A DNA stretch of 64,000 nt from Polyangiaceae bacterium (lineage in GTDB: Bacteria; Myxococcota_A; Polyangia; Polyangiales; Polyangiaceae): positions 75,484 to 139,483 of the forward strand of contig JBILLK010000028.1 in NCBI GenBank assembly GCA_044376115.1, in the 5' to 3' direction. The notes beneath the pieces were generated by a model. The model saw only the letters and a list, made by a program, of their open reading frames with translations, did no database searches and was not told where the DNA came from. Positions within the stretch are counted from its first letter, which is position 1; every line of letters begins with the position of its first letter. The translations under genes and the position numbers were made by a program. This document shows, one piece after another, positions 14,927 to 24,764 of the stretch.

Positions 14927-17900
14927 GGCGGCGCAAGCCGAATGCGAACCAGCTTGTCCTCTTTCACCTGAACGAAACGTGACCGCTCCTCTCCTCGGGT
15001 CTTGATGCGGATCTCGTACGGATCCGCCTTGGCCTTGAGTTGTACGGCTGCAATCGGACCGGAGCCAATGGGTTTTCCGTCGACCAGGATGGTGTCGGTC
15101 TTTCCGGCCACGACCTCGAGCAAACCATGGCCCTTCTTTACCTTGTCGTTGCTGCGGAGAGGAAGCTCCTCAGGCTGCGGATCGGCGGTGCGGCCGAGCG
15201 AAGGCTCGCTGCGCGTCGCTTGATCGGAGCCCTCTTCCAACGGCGCGTCGGTCTTGCTCAGGTTTGCGCTGCTTTGAGCCTCAGCGTTCTGCTCGCGCGC
15301 TTGGTCGGTCTGAGCGAACAGCTCCGCTTCGCTCGGTCGCGTACTCTCGCGAGCCCAACGCGCCCAAATCGCAAAGCCGATGCCGAGCAGCGCGAAGGCC
15401 ACCCAGTAGACCGACTTGTAGTCGCGCTTGTAGGGCGCCATCGGCGGCAAGTAGGCCGAGGGCAGCGGTACGCGCGGCGAGACTTCGCCAGCGTCGCGAT
15501 TGCGTTCTTTGACCTCGGAAGGCGACGGGCTCTTCTTGACGTTCTTCGGCTTGGGCGTCTCGACGCGTGCGGGCGCAGACTCGCTGACCTCCGGCGGGTG
15601 CAGAGATCCGAGCGTCAACATCGGCTTCACGCCTGGCGGTAGCGGCAGCTGACTCGGCGTCGGCGTCAGTTCGAGTTCACGCTCGCGTGAGGGCTTCGCA
15701 GCCGCAGCGCGCTTGGCTTCGGCCTTGACCACCGGCGGCTTGCGGCTCTCCTCCACGCGAAAGAGCGCGTCGGGCAACGGCGAGAGCGTGATGTCGATCG
15801 GGTTCGGCGTGAGCCGCGTGCCTGAAGGGGGTACCGGCGATTCGTAGGCTCGCGGAGCTTCCGAGTCGTTGGTCTGCACTGGAGCCGGCGAAGGAGAAAG
15901 AGGCTTGGCGTCGTTTGCTGGCGGGGCCGGCTCGGGCAACGGCGCTGCGGGCAGATCACCGAGCAAGCTCTGGTTGCCGGCCTCGTCGAGGAAGCTCGTG
16001 AGCATGCGCGGCTCGCTGGTGACGACCGGCGGAATCACGCTGGGCTCGGGCTCCGCGGGCTTGGTCGCAGCGCGCAGCAAATCGCCAGCCGAGCGCAGGT
16101 CCACCGAGATCGCCGGCATCATCGCCGGAGCGTCCTGCGGCAGTGCGATGGGGGCGGTGATCACCGGCAGACGGGCCACTGGGTTGGCGCTGCGTTCACC
16201 GCGCAAGAGCGCGAGCTCCTCTTTGATCAAGCGCGGCAGCTGATCTTCGCCAGCGCCGTCAATCACCTGCACCACGGCTGCGTGCGAGGCGATGTCGAGC
16301 AGGATGTCCTCCAACATGCGCGCCGAACTGCGGCCGGTGGTGAGCAGATCGCGCGGACAAGCGCCCTGCGACAAGGCCACCATCAACGAGCGCGCCGGCT
16401 CCGGCGTGGCCTGGAAGTACGAAAGCAGCGCGTCCTCATCCACCTCGACGCGGCCCACCCGCATCAGGTTCTCGCCGGTGAGCAGCGTCTGCGCCGAGCG
16501 CGCCGTCGCAATGATCGGCGCAAGTTGGTCGAGCAGTTTGCCGGCGAGCTCCGGCTTGGTGAGCCCCACGTCACGTTCGGCCTTGGGCGTACTCACCGAG
16601 AAGCGGCCATCACCGACACCGAGCAGCGCGGCCAGTACGCTGGGCCCGCGATCGAAGGTTCCGGACAGCGCAGTGCGCGTCGCACGCACCGGTCGCGAGG
16701 CCCGCACATCGACCTCGTAAAGATACGAAGCGTCGCGCACCGTCAGCGTCGCCTCTTCGCGGTGCTCGCACACGACGTTCATCAGCGAGAAAGTGGTCAA
16801 GCCGTCGAGCCGGCCGCGCACGTCGGTGCCCGAACGGATGCGCTGGCGAATGCGCGCGCGCGGCCGCACCAGCTCGCGCACGCGCTGAACGATGGTGCCG
16901 GCGCTGGCTTCTTTGCGCAGATAGCCGTCCACGTCGGCGCCGAGCTCGCGCACACGCTGCAATAGGTCTTCCTTCCACGAGAGCAGCACGATCGGCACGT
17001 CGCGCAACACGATGTCGTGACGCAGCGCTCGCGAAAGGCCGAAGCCATCGAGCTTGGGCATCAGGATGTCGCTGATCACCAGGTCGGGTCCGACGTGTTT
17101 GGCGATCTCGAGCGCTCGTTGACCATCGCGAGCTTCGTACACGACAGCACCGGCGGTCTTTAAAACGCCCGCAAGGAACCAGCAAACCGCGGCATCGTCA
17201 TCGACGACCAACACCTTCATGCCGTCGAGCGAACGTTCTTCATCGCTGCGCGAAGAGCGCGTCGGCGTACGGCGGGTATCGCGATCGTTGGTCTCCTCGA
17301 GCCACGGCGCGAACGGCACTGCGCCTTCCGGCCCACCCATCGCAAAGCGCGTTTGGCCTTGCGTGCGGATGGTCACGAGGTCGCGGATGCGCGCGACTGC
17401 GCCCCACAGCGCCGCGAGCACCTCGGTGCCTTCACCCAACGTAATGGCTCGGTTGCGCGCCGAAGGATCGGCCGCATCGCAAAGCCCACGATGAAGTTCT
17501 TCTGCCAGCCGCGCACCCAGCTGATCGATCGTGAGATCGCCGAGCGGTTCACGCGTGGTCTCGCGTCGCACATAGCTCGTGATCACGCTAGCGCAGGCGC
17601 GGCGCAGCTCGCCCGGCGAGACCGGCTTGGGCAGCACCTTGGCTACGCCCAACGCCAAATACGGCCCGGCATCATCGGTGCGCGAGACGCGCATGATCAC
17701 CAGCACCGGTACCGACTCGGTCAGCGGATCCGATACCAAGCTCGAGACCAGTCGCTTGGCGTTCGGTAGATCGGCGTCCACGATCACGAGGTCGGGAGCG
17801 AGCGCCCGCGCGACGTCCATCGCCACCGAGGGATCGGCGGTCGACTCGATCTCGAAGGCTTGGCTCTCTGATTTGCCGGGCTCACCGAGGCTGGCGGCGA

Positions 17901-18381
17901 GCGTGGCGTTGCCCACGCACAACACGCTGATCGGCGCTTGGTGTGGCTCTTCGGCAGCGGCCTCGCTGATCACGCCCTCGGGCCCGAGCACGCGCACCGG
18001 CGCGGTGACGTTGGTCTGACCCCACGCTAGCGAGGTCATCTGCGCAATCAGGGTGCGGGTGAGCTCGAGATCATTCGGCTCGAGTTCCCCTCGTTGGGCT
18101 GCTGCACCCAAAGCCTCTTCAACTGTGCGCAGCTCGTCGGAGAGCGCCTGGAAGCGCAAGAGTTTGGCGCCGGCACCGAGCGCGTGGATCTTGCGGCGCA
18201 TCTCGTCACGCGGGCGCTTGGCCTTTGGATCGGCAGCCAGCGCCTCATACAGCGACTTGAGCTCCGACCGTCTCCTGCCGAGACCAGCGACGAAGTCAGC
18301 TCTCGCACCCGAAAGTCGCTCCGCGGGGGGAGCTTCATTCGGTTTGGCCTGCGCCGCGTTCTCAGCACTCATCGTACCCAT
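14914..18381 (-). CDS. Large membrane-anchored multi-domain response regulator (Hpt-like, two receiver domains, Pro-rich linker, TM, PEGA-like C-terminus)
   Basis: KIHALGAGAKLL Hpt-like helix. Receivers PDLVIVDADLP and VLVVDDD...PDLVISDILMPKLDG. TM VYWVAFALLGIGFAIWA. Start uncertain (18381 or 18372). Confidence 0.82.
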   Translation of the reverse strand: MGTMSAENAAQAKPNEAPPAERLSGARADFVAGLGRRRSELKSLYEALAADPKAKRPRDEMRRKIHALGAGAKLLRFQALSDELRTVEEALGAAAQRGELEPNDLELTRTLIAQMTSLAWGQTNVTAPVRVLGPEGVISEAAAEEPHQAPISVLCVGNATLAASLGEPGKSESQAFEIESTADPSVAMDVARALAPDLVIVDADLPNAKRLVSSLVSDPLTESVPVLVIMRVSRTDDAGPYLALGVAKVLPKPVSPGELRRACASVITSYVRRETTREPLGDLTIDQLGARLAEELHRGLCDAADPSARNRAITLGEGTEVLAALWGAVARIRDLVTIRTQGQTRFAMGGPEGAVPFAPWLEETNDRDTRRTPTRSSRSDEERSLDGMKVLVVDDDAAVCWFLAGVLKTAGAVVYEARDGQRALEIAKHVGPDLVISDILMPKLDGFGLSRALRHDIVLRDVPIVLLSWKEDLLQRVRELGADVDGYLRKEASAGTIVQRVRELVRPRARIRQRIRSGTDVRGRLDGLTTFSLMNVVCEHREEATLTVRDASYLYEVDVRASRPVRATRTALSGTFDRGPSVLAALLGVGDGRFSVSTPKAERDVGLTKPELAGKLLDQLAPIIATARSAQTLLTGENLMRVGRVEVDEDALLSYFQATPEPARSLMVALSQGACPRDLLTTGRSSARMLEDILLDIASHAAVVQVIDGAGEDQLPRLIKEELALLRGERSANPVARLPVITAPIALPQDAPAMMPAISVDLRSAGDLLRAATKPAEPEPSVIPPVVTSEPRMLTSFLDEAGNQSLLGDLPAAPLPEPAPPANDAKPLSPSPAPVQTNDSEAPRAYESPVPPSGTRLTPNPIDITLSPLPDALFRVEESRKPPVVKAEAKRAAAAKPSRERELELTPTPSQLPLPPGVKPMLTLGSLHPPEVSESAPARVETPKPKNVKKSPSPSEVKERNRDAGEVSPRVPLPSAYLPPMAPYKRDYKSVYWVAFALLGIGFAIWARWARESTRPSEAELFAQTDQAREQNAEAQSSANLSKTDAPLEEGSDQATRSEPSLGRTADPQPEELPLRSNDKVKKGHGLLEVVAGKTDTILVDGKPIGSGPIAAVQLKAKADPYEIRIKTRGEERSRFVQVKEDKLVRIRLAPPWQR

Positions 18382-18457
18382 CGCACCGGCGGCTATCATG
18401 CGGGGAGGAGAACAGCCCAATTTGTGGCGAACGGTGCGGCGTCCTATGCTGCCGCCG

Positions 18458-19618
18458 ATGTCGCGCCAGCGCACCGCGGTTAGCCCCTATTTCCAGCGAT
18501 TATTGGCTGCTTTTGTGTTGCCTTTGGGGCTGCTCGGTTGTCCTTCGGCTGAGCCGACGAGCAGCGCCGAGAGCGCCACGGCCAGCGCTACCCCGGCGAA
18601 GGCAAGCGGCCCCCTCCCGCTCGCGCCGTCAGCGGTAACGGCGCCGAGCGCCAGCCTCAGCGCCGCACCCAGCGCCTCAGCGAGCGCGACCCCCAGCGCG
18701 GCCACGCCAACAGCCGGGCGCGCCACCGTAGCCTTCGTCGGCGATATCTCGCTCTCCATGCACGTCGCCGCGTACATGAACCCGCCGGAGGGCAAGCCGT
18801 CCGAGGTGGAGCCTGGCTTTCCCTTCGCCGCCGTCGCCAGCAAGCTCCGCAGCTACGACTACTTGGTCGGCAACCTCGAGTGCGTGGTGGCCAATCGCGG
18901 CAAGCCCACCATCCCGCTACCCCTCGTAGCGCCGCTGCATTCCCCCACCGTCTTGCTCGACGCTGGCTTCGATCTCGTTTCGGTCGCCAACAACCACGTC
19001 GAGGATCTTGGCAAAGACGGCTACACCGACATGTTGAAGCGGCTGACCGAGGCCAAGCTTCCGTACGTCGGCGGCTATCTCGTGGATGACTCGCAGGACC
19101 CGATGGTCGTGACCGAGGTGAACGGCATCAAGATCGCCGTACTCGGCTACTTCAACCGCAAGACCGAGCAGACCTATCGCGACCTCGAGCGCGCCAAACA
19201 ACTCGCCGACGTGGTGCTCGTGTATCTGCATTGGGGCATCGACTTCAGCCCGCATCCCACGCGCTTTCAACGTCAATGGGGTCGCGCCCTGATCGACCAC
19301 GGAGCCTCTGCGGTGATCGGCGCTCACTCGCACATCATCCAGCCGGAGGAGATCTACAAAGGCAAGCTGATCGCGCACAGCCTCGGCAACTTCGTCTTCT
19401 CCGGCATGGTCAAACGCGGCTCGCAAGACAGCGCCATCCTGGAGCTCGAGGTGGACAAGAGCGGCATCGTTTCCCACCGCTACCAACCGATCTCGATCGA
19501 TGAACGTGGAGCCCCCAGCCTGAATGGCCCGCCAACCGCCGAGCCCCCGCTCACACCGGATCGGCCTCGACCGTTGACCGCCCTCGGCAAGCCGATCGAC
19601 TTCAGCGCGATCCGCTGA
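18458..19618 (+). CDS. CapA/PgsA-family metallophosphoesterase lipoprotein
   Basis: FVGD, GNLE, SVANNH, YLHWG, IGAHSH and HSLGNFVF motifs. Lipobox LLGC after the ATG at 18458. Confidence 0.9.
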   Translation: MSRQRTAVSPYFQRLLAAFVLPLGLLGCPSAEPTSSAESATASATPAKASGPLPLAPSAVTAPSASLSAAPSASASATPSAATPTAGRATVAFVGDISLSMHVAAYMNPPEGKPSEVEPGFPFAAVASKLRSYDYLVGNLECVVANRGKPTIPLPLVAPLHSPTVLLDAGFDLVSVANNHVEDLGKDGYTDMLKRLTEAKLPYVGGYLVDDSQDPMVVTEVNGIKIAVLGYFNRKTEQTYRDLERAKQLADVVLVYLHWGIDFSPHPTRFQRQWGRALIDHGASAVIGAHSHIIQPEEIYKGKLIAHSLGNFVFSGMVKRGSQDSAILELEVDKSGIVSHRYQPISIDERGAPSLNGPPTAEPPLTPDRPRPLTALGKPIDFSAIR

Positions 19619-19678
19619 GCGACTGCGAACTCGCCGATCGGGTCGCGACCTCGAACCGTTTGGCTTGGCTCAACACCG

Positions 19679-19742
19679 TGTCAACCGCCGGTTGTCGAGT
19701 GTAAACCTGGAGGTGACAGTCGGTGTCGCAGAGCCGTTGACA
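19679..19742. promoter_or_regulatory. Three tandem imperfect 19-bp palindromes (TGTCAAC-N5-GTTGACA consensus), a putative enhancer (UAS) for a sigma54 activator
   Basis: TGTCAACcgccgGTTGTCG (19679-19697), TGTAAACctggaGGTGACA (19700-19718) and TGTCGCAgagccGTTGACA (19724-19742), upstream of a -24/-12 element. Confidence 0.7.
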
Positions 19743-19790
19743 CGCTCCGACGTGACCCTGCATTCCCGCCGAATTCGGGGTCGACTCGCA

Positions 19791-19807
19791 TCGGCACTAG
19801 GCTTGCT
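19791..19807 (+). promoter_or_regulatory. Sigma54 (-24/-12) promoter
   Basis: tCGGCACtaggcTTGCt. GG at 19793-94 and GC at 19805-06 give exact GG-N10-GC spacing, against the TGGCAC-N5-TTGC consensus. Confidence 0.75.
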
Positions 19808-19818
19808 GGGAGGGCAAG

Positions 19819-21282
19819 GTGCGCTTCCACCCTCTTTCTCTTTGCCTCCTTATGTTCAGCTCGGTGAGCTGCAGCGATGAGACCAACCCATCGCCGGAGC
19901 CTGAGCCTGAGCCGTCGTTGACCCCGGTCTCGAGCGAGTTGCCGGCTGTCGATTCGGTGGAGACCTGCCAGCCGCTGAACAGCGGTGAGCGCTTGGTCTC
20001 GGTCTCGCCGGAGGGTCAGGCTTGGCTGGCCTCCCCGACGGAGGGTGGTACTCGCCTGCGCGTGCTGGATCTTTTCTCCGGCGAGCTGGTCGAGACCACG
20101 CAAGAGCTGCCGATCAGCACCTTGTCGCAATTGCGCAGCTGGTCGGCAAACGAGGCCTCGCTGATCGCCGATGGTCACTTTTATGAGCTCAGCGAAGCCG
20201 GTCGCTTCGACCTCACGCCGCCTGCCGGCCTCGTAGATGGCGCAACCTTCTGTGGCTCGCTCGATAGCAACGGCTTCGTGCTCGCAGGCGGTGAGCTGTC
20301 GGAGCTGCGCGCCGACGGCCAGTGGTGGAGCTTCTCGGCAGCAACCGATGGTACCTTCGCGCAGCTCGTCGCCGCCGAGGGCGAGTGCCTAACGCGCGAC
20401 AATTCGCTCTGGCTCACCAGCGCAGCCGGTGAACTCGTCGAGGTGACGCCCACCCACTTCACCGCGCTGAAGAGCTTCGTCGAGCTGCGGGAGGCCGCCA
20501 TCCTGGACGCGAACGTGCTCACGATCGATGCGCGTGGTCTCTGGGTCGGCCCGCGCGAATGGAGTGGCTACAGCTTCGGTGCGGCGCCGGAGCGTTTGGT
20601 CGCTGCGGCTGGCTACGCCTTCGTCAAAGTCGGAGAGCGGCTGCTGCGCTTCGACGGAACCAACTTCGCCGAACTCGAGAGCGAGCTCAGCGCACCGACG
20701 ACGATGCAGCCCTACGCTGGCGGCTTGTGGCTCGCCGATGACGCAAAGCTCTGTCACCACAGCTTCGGTGCGTCGGCACGTCTCAGCGGCTTGCGGCCCA
20801 ACGAGCGCGTGCTCGAAGACAGCTCCGAGCTAACGGTCGCGGCGAGCGCGGACCTCTCCACGCCGACCGTAAGCGTCGATGGGGTCGAGACCACGCTGAC
20901 CACCGACGCAGAGACCGGCGTTGCGAGCGCAACCGTCACCTGGACCAGCGTCGGGTGGCATGAACTGACCGTCGATAGCGAGTCGGGAGAACGGCTGCGC
21001 ACCGTTTGGGTCAAGCGCGTCCCGGAGATCGAACGCAGCTTCGCCAAAGACGTTTTCCCGCTCTACGAAGCCACCTGCGCCAACAGCGGCTGCCACGGTG
21101 GCGCCGATCCCAAAGGCTCGGACCTCTCGACGTTCGAGGCTTGGCAAGCCAAAGCCGCACAGATTCGCACCCGCGTCGTCGATACCCGCACGATGCCACC
21201 CGCCGCCAATACACCCGCTTCCTGGAACGACGAGCAGATCGACGTCATCGCCCAGTGGCTCGAAGGAGGAATGCTTCCATGA
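19819..21282 (+). CDS. Lipoprotein with beta-rich N-terminal region and C-terminal c-type cytochrome-like domain (CX4CH)
   Basis: Lipobox SVSC. C-terminus F.KDVFPL...TCANSGCHG...MPP...QI..IAQW has class I cytochrome c-like spacing. Confidence 0.75.
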   Translation: MRFHPLSLCLLMFSSVSCSDETNPSPEPEPEPSLTPVSSELPAVDSVETCQPLNSGERLVSVSPEGQAWLASPTEGGTRLRVLDLFSGELVETTQELPISTLSQLRSWSANEASLIADGHFYELSEAGRFDLTPPAGLVDGATFCGSLDSNGFVLAGGELSELRADGQWWSFSAATDGTFAQLVAAEGECLTRDNSLWLTSAAGELVEVTPTHFTALKSFVELREAAILDANVLTIDARGLWVGPREWSGYSFGAAPERLVAAAGYAFVKVGERLLRFDGTNFAELESELSAPTTMQPYAGGLWLADDAKLCHHSFGASARLSGLRPNERVLEDSSELTVAASADLSTPTVSVDGVETTLTTDAETGVASATVTWTSVGWHELTVDSESGERLRTVWVKRVPEIERSFAKDVFPLYEATCANSGCHGGADPKGSDLSTFEAWQAKAAQIRTRVVDTRTMPPAANTPASWNDEQIDVIAQWLEGGMLP

Positions 21283-23399
21283 TTCGTTCACCTCAATCTC
21301 TGCTTCAGCTCGTCGTACTTAGCGTCCTAGCCGCGGGTTGTAGCTCCGAGACCTCGCCCACTCCCACCGGCAACGAGGAATCGGATCCGCCGGTGGAGAC
21401 GCCGGTCAATTGGGAGCCTGGCAACGAGAGCAAAGCCTGCAACGTGGACGCGCTACTGCCGCCGGCAACCTACGGCCGGAAGGTAAAGTCGCTGCTCACC
21501 GGCTTGCCCGTCTCCGAGGCCGAGGCCGAGAGCCTGGTGAGCAACCCGGAGGCTCTCCCCGAGCTGATCGACACGTGGCTCGCCACGCCTGAGGGCGCTG
21601 AGATGTTGCAGCGCTTCTTCATGACCTACTTTCAGCAGACCAGCACCAACAACGACTCGCTCTTTTACCTGCTCGGTCGCAAGGTGCAGAGCTTCGGCAA
21701 GTTCGACTCAGATTCCGCCTCCACCGCCGCGCTGCTCAACCGCAACTTGGCTGAGAGCTTCGCGCGCACCATGGTGGATCTCGTTTCGCGCGGTGAACCC
21801 TTCACCAAAGCGCTCACCACCGACGAGTTCATGATGACGACGGCGCAGGTCGCGCTGCTCGCCTACCTCGATGATGAGACCGTCGACGACTTTGGCGCGC
21901 ACGACGTGCGCAGCTCGACCAACACCTTCGACACGATGGTCTTCTACAAGAACCAGGCGAACGCGCCGGCAGCGAAGGACGCGCTCGATCCGACAAGTCC
22001 GAGCTTCGGTCACTTCTGGCATCGCGAGCTCGCCGATGTCCCGGCCTCTTGCAACGTCGGTGCAACCCTGACCGTCGACACCTCCCAGATCACCAACGGT
22101 GAATGGCGGATGGCGGGCAACACGACGCCTTCTTTCTGGGTATTCAGCGCGATGATGGGTCGGCATTTCGGCATAAACGTTCAGGGAGATGCAGACTGCC
22201 GCGCGCCCTCGGCCAACAACAACTTCCCGCTGTTCAAGCGCTCCGACTTCAACGACTGGCACCTGGTCAAAGTACGCAAGCCGAGTGCGGACGAGGCGGT
22301 TACCCCCTTCTACGATCTCGAGCAGCTACGCACCGCGAGCGAGCTCGTCGTTCATACCGAACGCGTCGGCTTCCTCACCTCACCCGGCTTCTTCTCGACC
22401 TGGATGAACAACGAGGACAACTCGTCCCGCGTCACCGTCAATCAGGCGCTGATCGTCGCACTGGGCAAGAGCTTCGAGGGGCAAGCTGTCACCAACTTTG
22501 CGCCCGAGTCACTGGACGCCGAACACGCTGACCCGACCACCGAGTGTTACGGCTGCCACCAAACGCTCGATCCGATGCGTGACTTCTACCGCGCCTCCTT
22601 CACCAACTACTACGGCGAGCAGCTCGATCCCGAGCGCGCTGCCTTGCAAGCCGACTTCATCTTTGACGGCGTCACCGCCAAAGGCAACGGCGTCCGCGAC
22701 CTCGCCGACCTACTCGCTGAGCACCCGGCCTTCCCCTACGCCTGGGCGCACAAGCTTTGCTACATGGCCAACGCCGCACCGTGCTTGGAGGGCGCAACCT
22801 TGGACGGCATCGTGGCGAGCTTCGTCGAATCGAGCTTCGACTTCCGCGTGCTCGTCCGCGAGCTGTTCTCTTCCCCGCTGGTCACGGCCAGCCAGTGTGT
22901 GGAGGGCGTCGATACCGGCTCCAATGTCTCGATCGCGCGACGCACGCTGTTCTGCAGCGAGCTCTCGCATCGCCTCGACATCAACGACGTGTGCGGGCTC
23001 GGTCGCTTGAAGGAAGAATCCAGCGCCTTGCAGAACAGCGCTCGTGACGCCTCCGGCTCGATCCCCGATGACGGCTTCAGCCGCGCCGTCGTCAGCCCGA
23101 TCGTGATCGCCGAGACCGGCCTCTTCACCCGCGCCAACGCCGAGGCCACCTGCGTCACCATCGCGCAAGAGAGCTTCAACCGCGTGTATCAGGACCTGAC
23201 GACCGACGAGGCCACGCTGCACATGGTCAGTTCGGTGATGGGCCTGCCGCCGAACGACGAGCTGCACGCGCCGTCCCTCGCGATCCTGCGCGCTCACGTC
23301 GAAGAAGCGGTCGCCGAAGGCAAGACCGACCGCGATGCGGTTGAGTCAGCGTTCGTGATCGCGTGCATGTCCCCCACCGTTGCCGGCGTCGGTTTTTGA
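21279..23399 (+). CDS. Lipoprotein with DUF1588/DUF1585-like region and a CxxCH motif
   Basis: ATGA overlap with the upstream gene. Lipobox LAAGC. GFLTSPGF..SSRV and CYGCHQTLDP patterns. Confidence 0.75.
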   Translation: MIRSPQSLLQLVVLSVLAAGCSSETSPTPTGNEESDPPVETPVNWEPGNESKACNVDALLPPATYGRKVKSLLTGLPVSEAEAESLVSNPEALPELIDTWLATPEGAEMLQRFFMTYFQQTSTNNDSLFYLLGRKVQSFGKFDSDSASTAALLNRNLAESFARTMVDLVSRGEPFTKALTTDEFMMTTAQVALLAYLDDETVDDFGAHDVRSSTNTFDTMVFYKNQANAPAAKDALDPTSPSFGHFWHRELADVPASCNVGATLTVDTSQITNGEWRMAGNTTPSFWVFSAMMGRHFGINVQGDADCRAPSANNNFPLFKRSDFNDWHLVKVRKPSADEAVTPFYDLEQLRTASELVVHTERVGFLTSPGFFSTWMNNEDNSSRVTVNQALIVALGKSFEGQAVTNFAPESLDAEHADPTTECYGCHQTLDPMRDFYRASFTNYYGEQLDPERAALQADFIFDGVTAKGNGVRDLADLLAEHPAFPYAWAHKLCYMANAAPCLEGATLDGIVASFVESSFDFRVLVRELFSSPLVTASQCVEGVDTGSNVSIARRTLFCSELSHRLDINDVCGLGRLKEESSALQNSARDASGSIPDDGFSRAVVSPIVIAETGLFTRANAEATCVTIAQESFNRVYQDLTTDEATLHMVSSVMGLPPNDELHAPSLAILRAHVEEAVAEGKTDRDAVESAFVIACMSPTVAGVGF

Positions 23400-23410
23400 G
23401 GAGCACTCCA

Positions 23411-24733
23411 ATGAAAAGCCAATCAAAATTTTCGCGACGAACGGCCCTCGGCGCACTTGCAACGGCGACCGGCAGCTTGTTTCTGCGCTCGCTTGCCACC
23501 GGCATCCCCAGCAGCGTCCTCTTGGATCCTTTGTCGGCCCACGCCGGCACCGAGCCCACGGCCAAGACGCTGATCCTCGCCAGCTCGATCTCGGGTGATC
23601 CGATGAACGCCAACGTGCCGGGCACCTATGATTTCCCGGCCAACGAGGTGTTCCACCCCGCAGATCCTTCGATGGCGAAGACCTCGCTCACGCTGTCCGG
23701 GAAGACCTTCTCTGCAGCCAAGCCGTGGGCCGACCTGGGCCAAGGCATTCTCGACCGCACCACCTTCTTCCACCACGCCACCTACACGCCGGTGCACGGT
23801 GAGCTTGGGCTGGTGCAGAAGATGATGCGCGCCACCGAGAAGGACGACATGTTGATCTCGCTGATCTCGCGGGAGCTCGCGCCCGTGCTCAAGACGGTTC
23901 AATCGGATCCGCTGAGCTTGGGAGCCTCCGGCGGTGAACTCTTGAGCGCCGAGGGCCGCATCCTCGGCAACGTCTCACCGCTCTCGGTGCAGCGCGCACT
24001 GGGCGGCGAAGACGGCCCGCTCAAGGATCTGACCGCCCTTCGCGATCAACAGATCGACGAGATTTACGCGCTCTATCGTGAACGCGGCACACCCAGCCAA
24101 CTCAAGCTGCTCGACAACTGGGCGCGCTCGCGCAAAGAGGTCCGCAGCATCGGTCTTGCGCTCGTGGAACGCCTCTCGGCGATCGACGGCAACGACCAGG
24201 TCAATCAGCTGCGTTGCGCTGCCGTGCTCGCCGCCATGAACATCGCACCGGTGATCACCGTGCATCTCGGCTTCGGTGGTGATTCACACGGTGACACCGA
24301 CTTCGAGCAAGAGACGGAGGACACCGTGATCACGCTCAATGACGTGCACACCTTCATCGACGAGCTCGACCAACTGAAGGCCGATGGCCATCTCAAACAA
24401 GACGTGATCTTCGCGACGCTCAACACCTTCGGTCGGACGCTCAAGAAGAACGGCACCGATGGCCGCGACCACAACGAGGGTCACCACGTGATGCTGATGA
24501 TCGGCAACGGCATCCAAGGCGGCGTCGTCGGTGGCATCGAACCGACCGCCAACGGCAGCGACTACCAAGCCACGACCATCAACTCCACCACCGGCGAAAA
24601 GGGCGGCGACATCGCCTTCGAGGAGTCGCTCGCCGCCGCTGGAAAGACGCTCGCCTTCGCCTTGGGCGTACCGCAAGCACGCGTGGACGCCATGATCGAC
24701 GGCGGCAAGGTCGTTCAGTCGGTGATCGCCTAG
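23411..24733 (+). CDS. Tat-exported DUF1501-like protein
   Basis: GAGGAG SD. Twin-arginine signal FSRRTALG. GGDSH, FGRT, GRDH and GNGIQGG motifs. Confidence 0.8.
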   Translation: MKSQSKFSRRTALGALATATGSLFLRSLATGIPSSVLLDPLSAHAGTEPTAKTLILASSISGDPMNANVPGTYDFPANEVFHPADPSMAKTSLTLSGKTFSAAKPWADLGQGILDRTTFFHHATYTPVHGELGLVQKMMRATEKDDMLISLISRELAPVLKTVQSDPLSLGASGGELLSAEGRILGNVSPLSVQRALGGEDGPLKDLTALRDQQIDEIYALYRERGTPSQLKLLDNWARSRKEVRSIGLALVERLSAIDGNDQVNQLRCAAVLAAMNIAPVITVHLGFGGDSHGDTDFEQETEDTVITLNDVHTFIDELDQLKADGHLKQDVIFATLNTFGRTLKKNGTDGRDHNEGHHVMLMIGNGIQGGVVGGIEPTANGSDYQATTINSTTGEKGGDIAFEESLAAAGKTLAFALGVPQARVDAMIDGGKVVQSVIA

Positions 24734-24764
24734 CGAGCGGTTTGCGAGCGGTTCGGCGTCGGCC

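Noticed and set aside
18053..18474. N-terminal extensions of capA (from 18053) and of the response regulator (to 18474)
   Set aside because: They would overlap each other head-to-head. The signal peptide and -10 position support a capA start at 18458.
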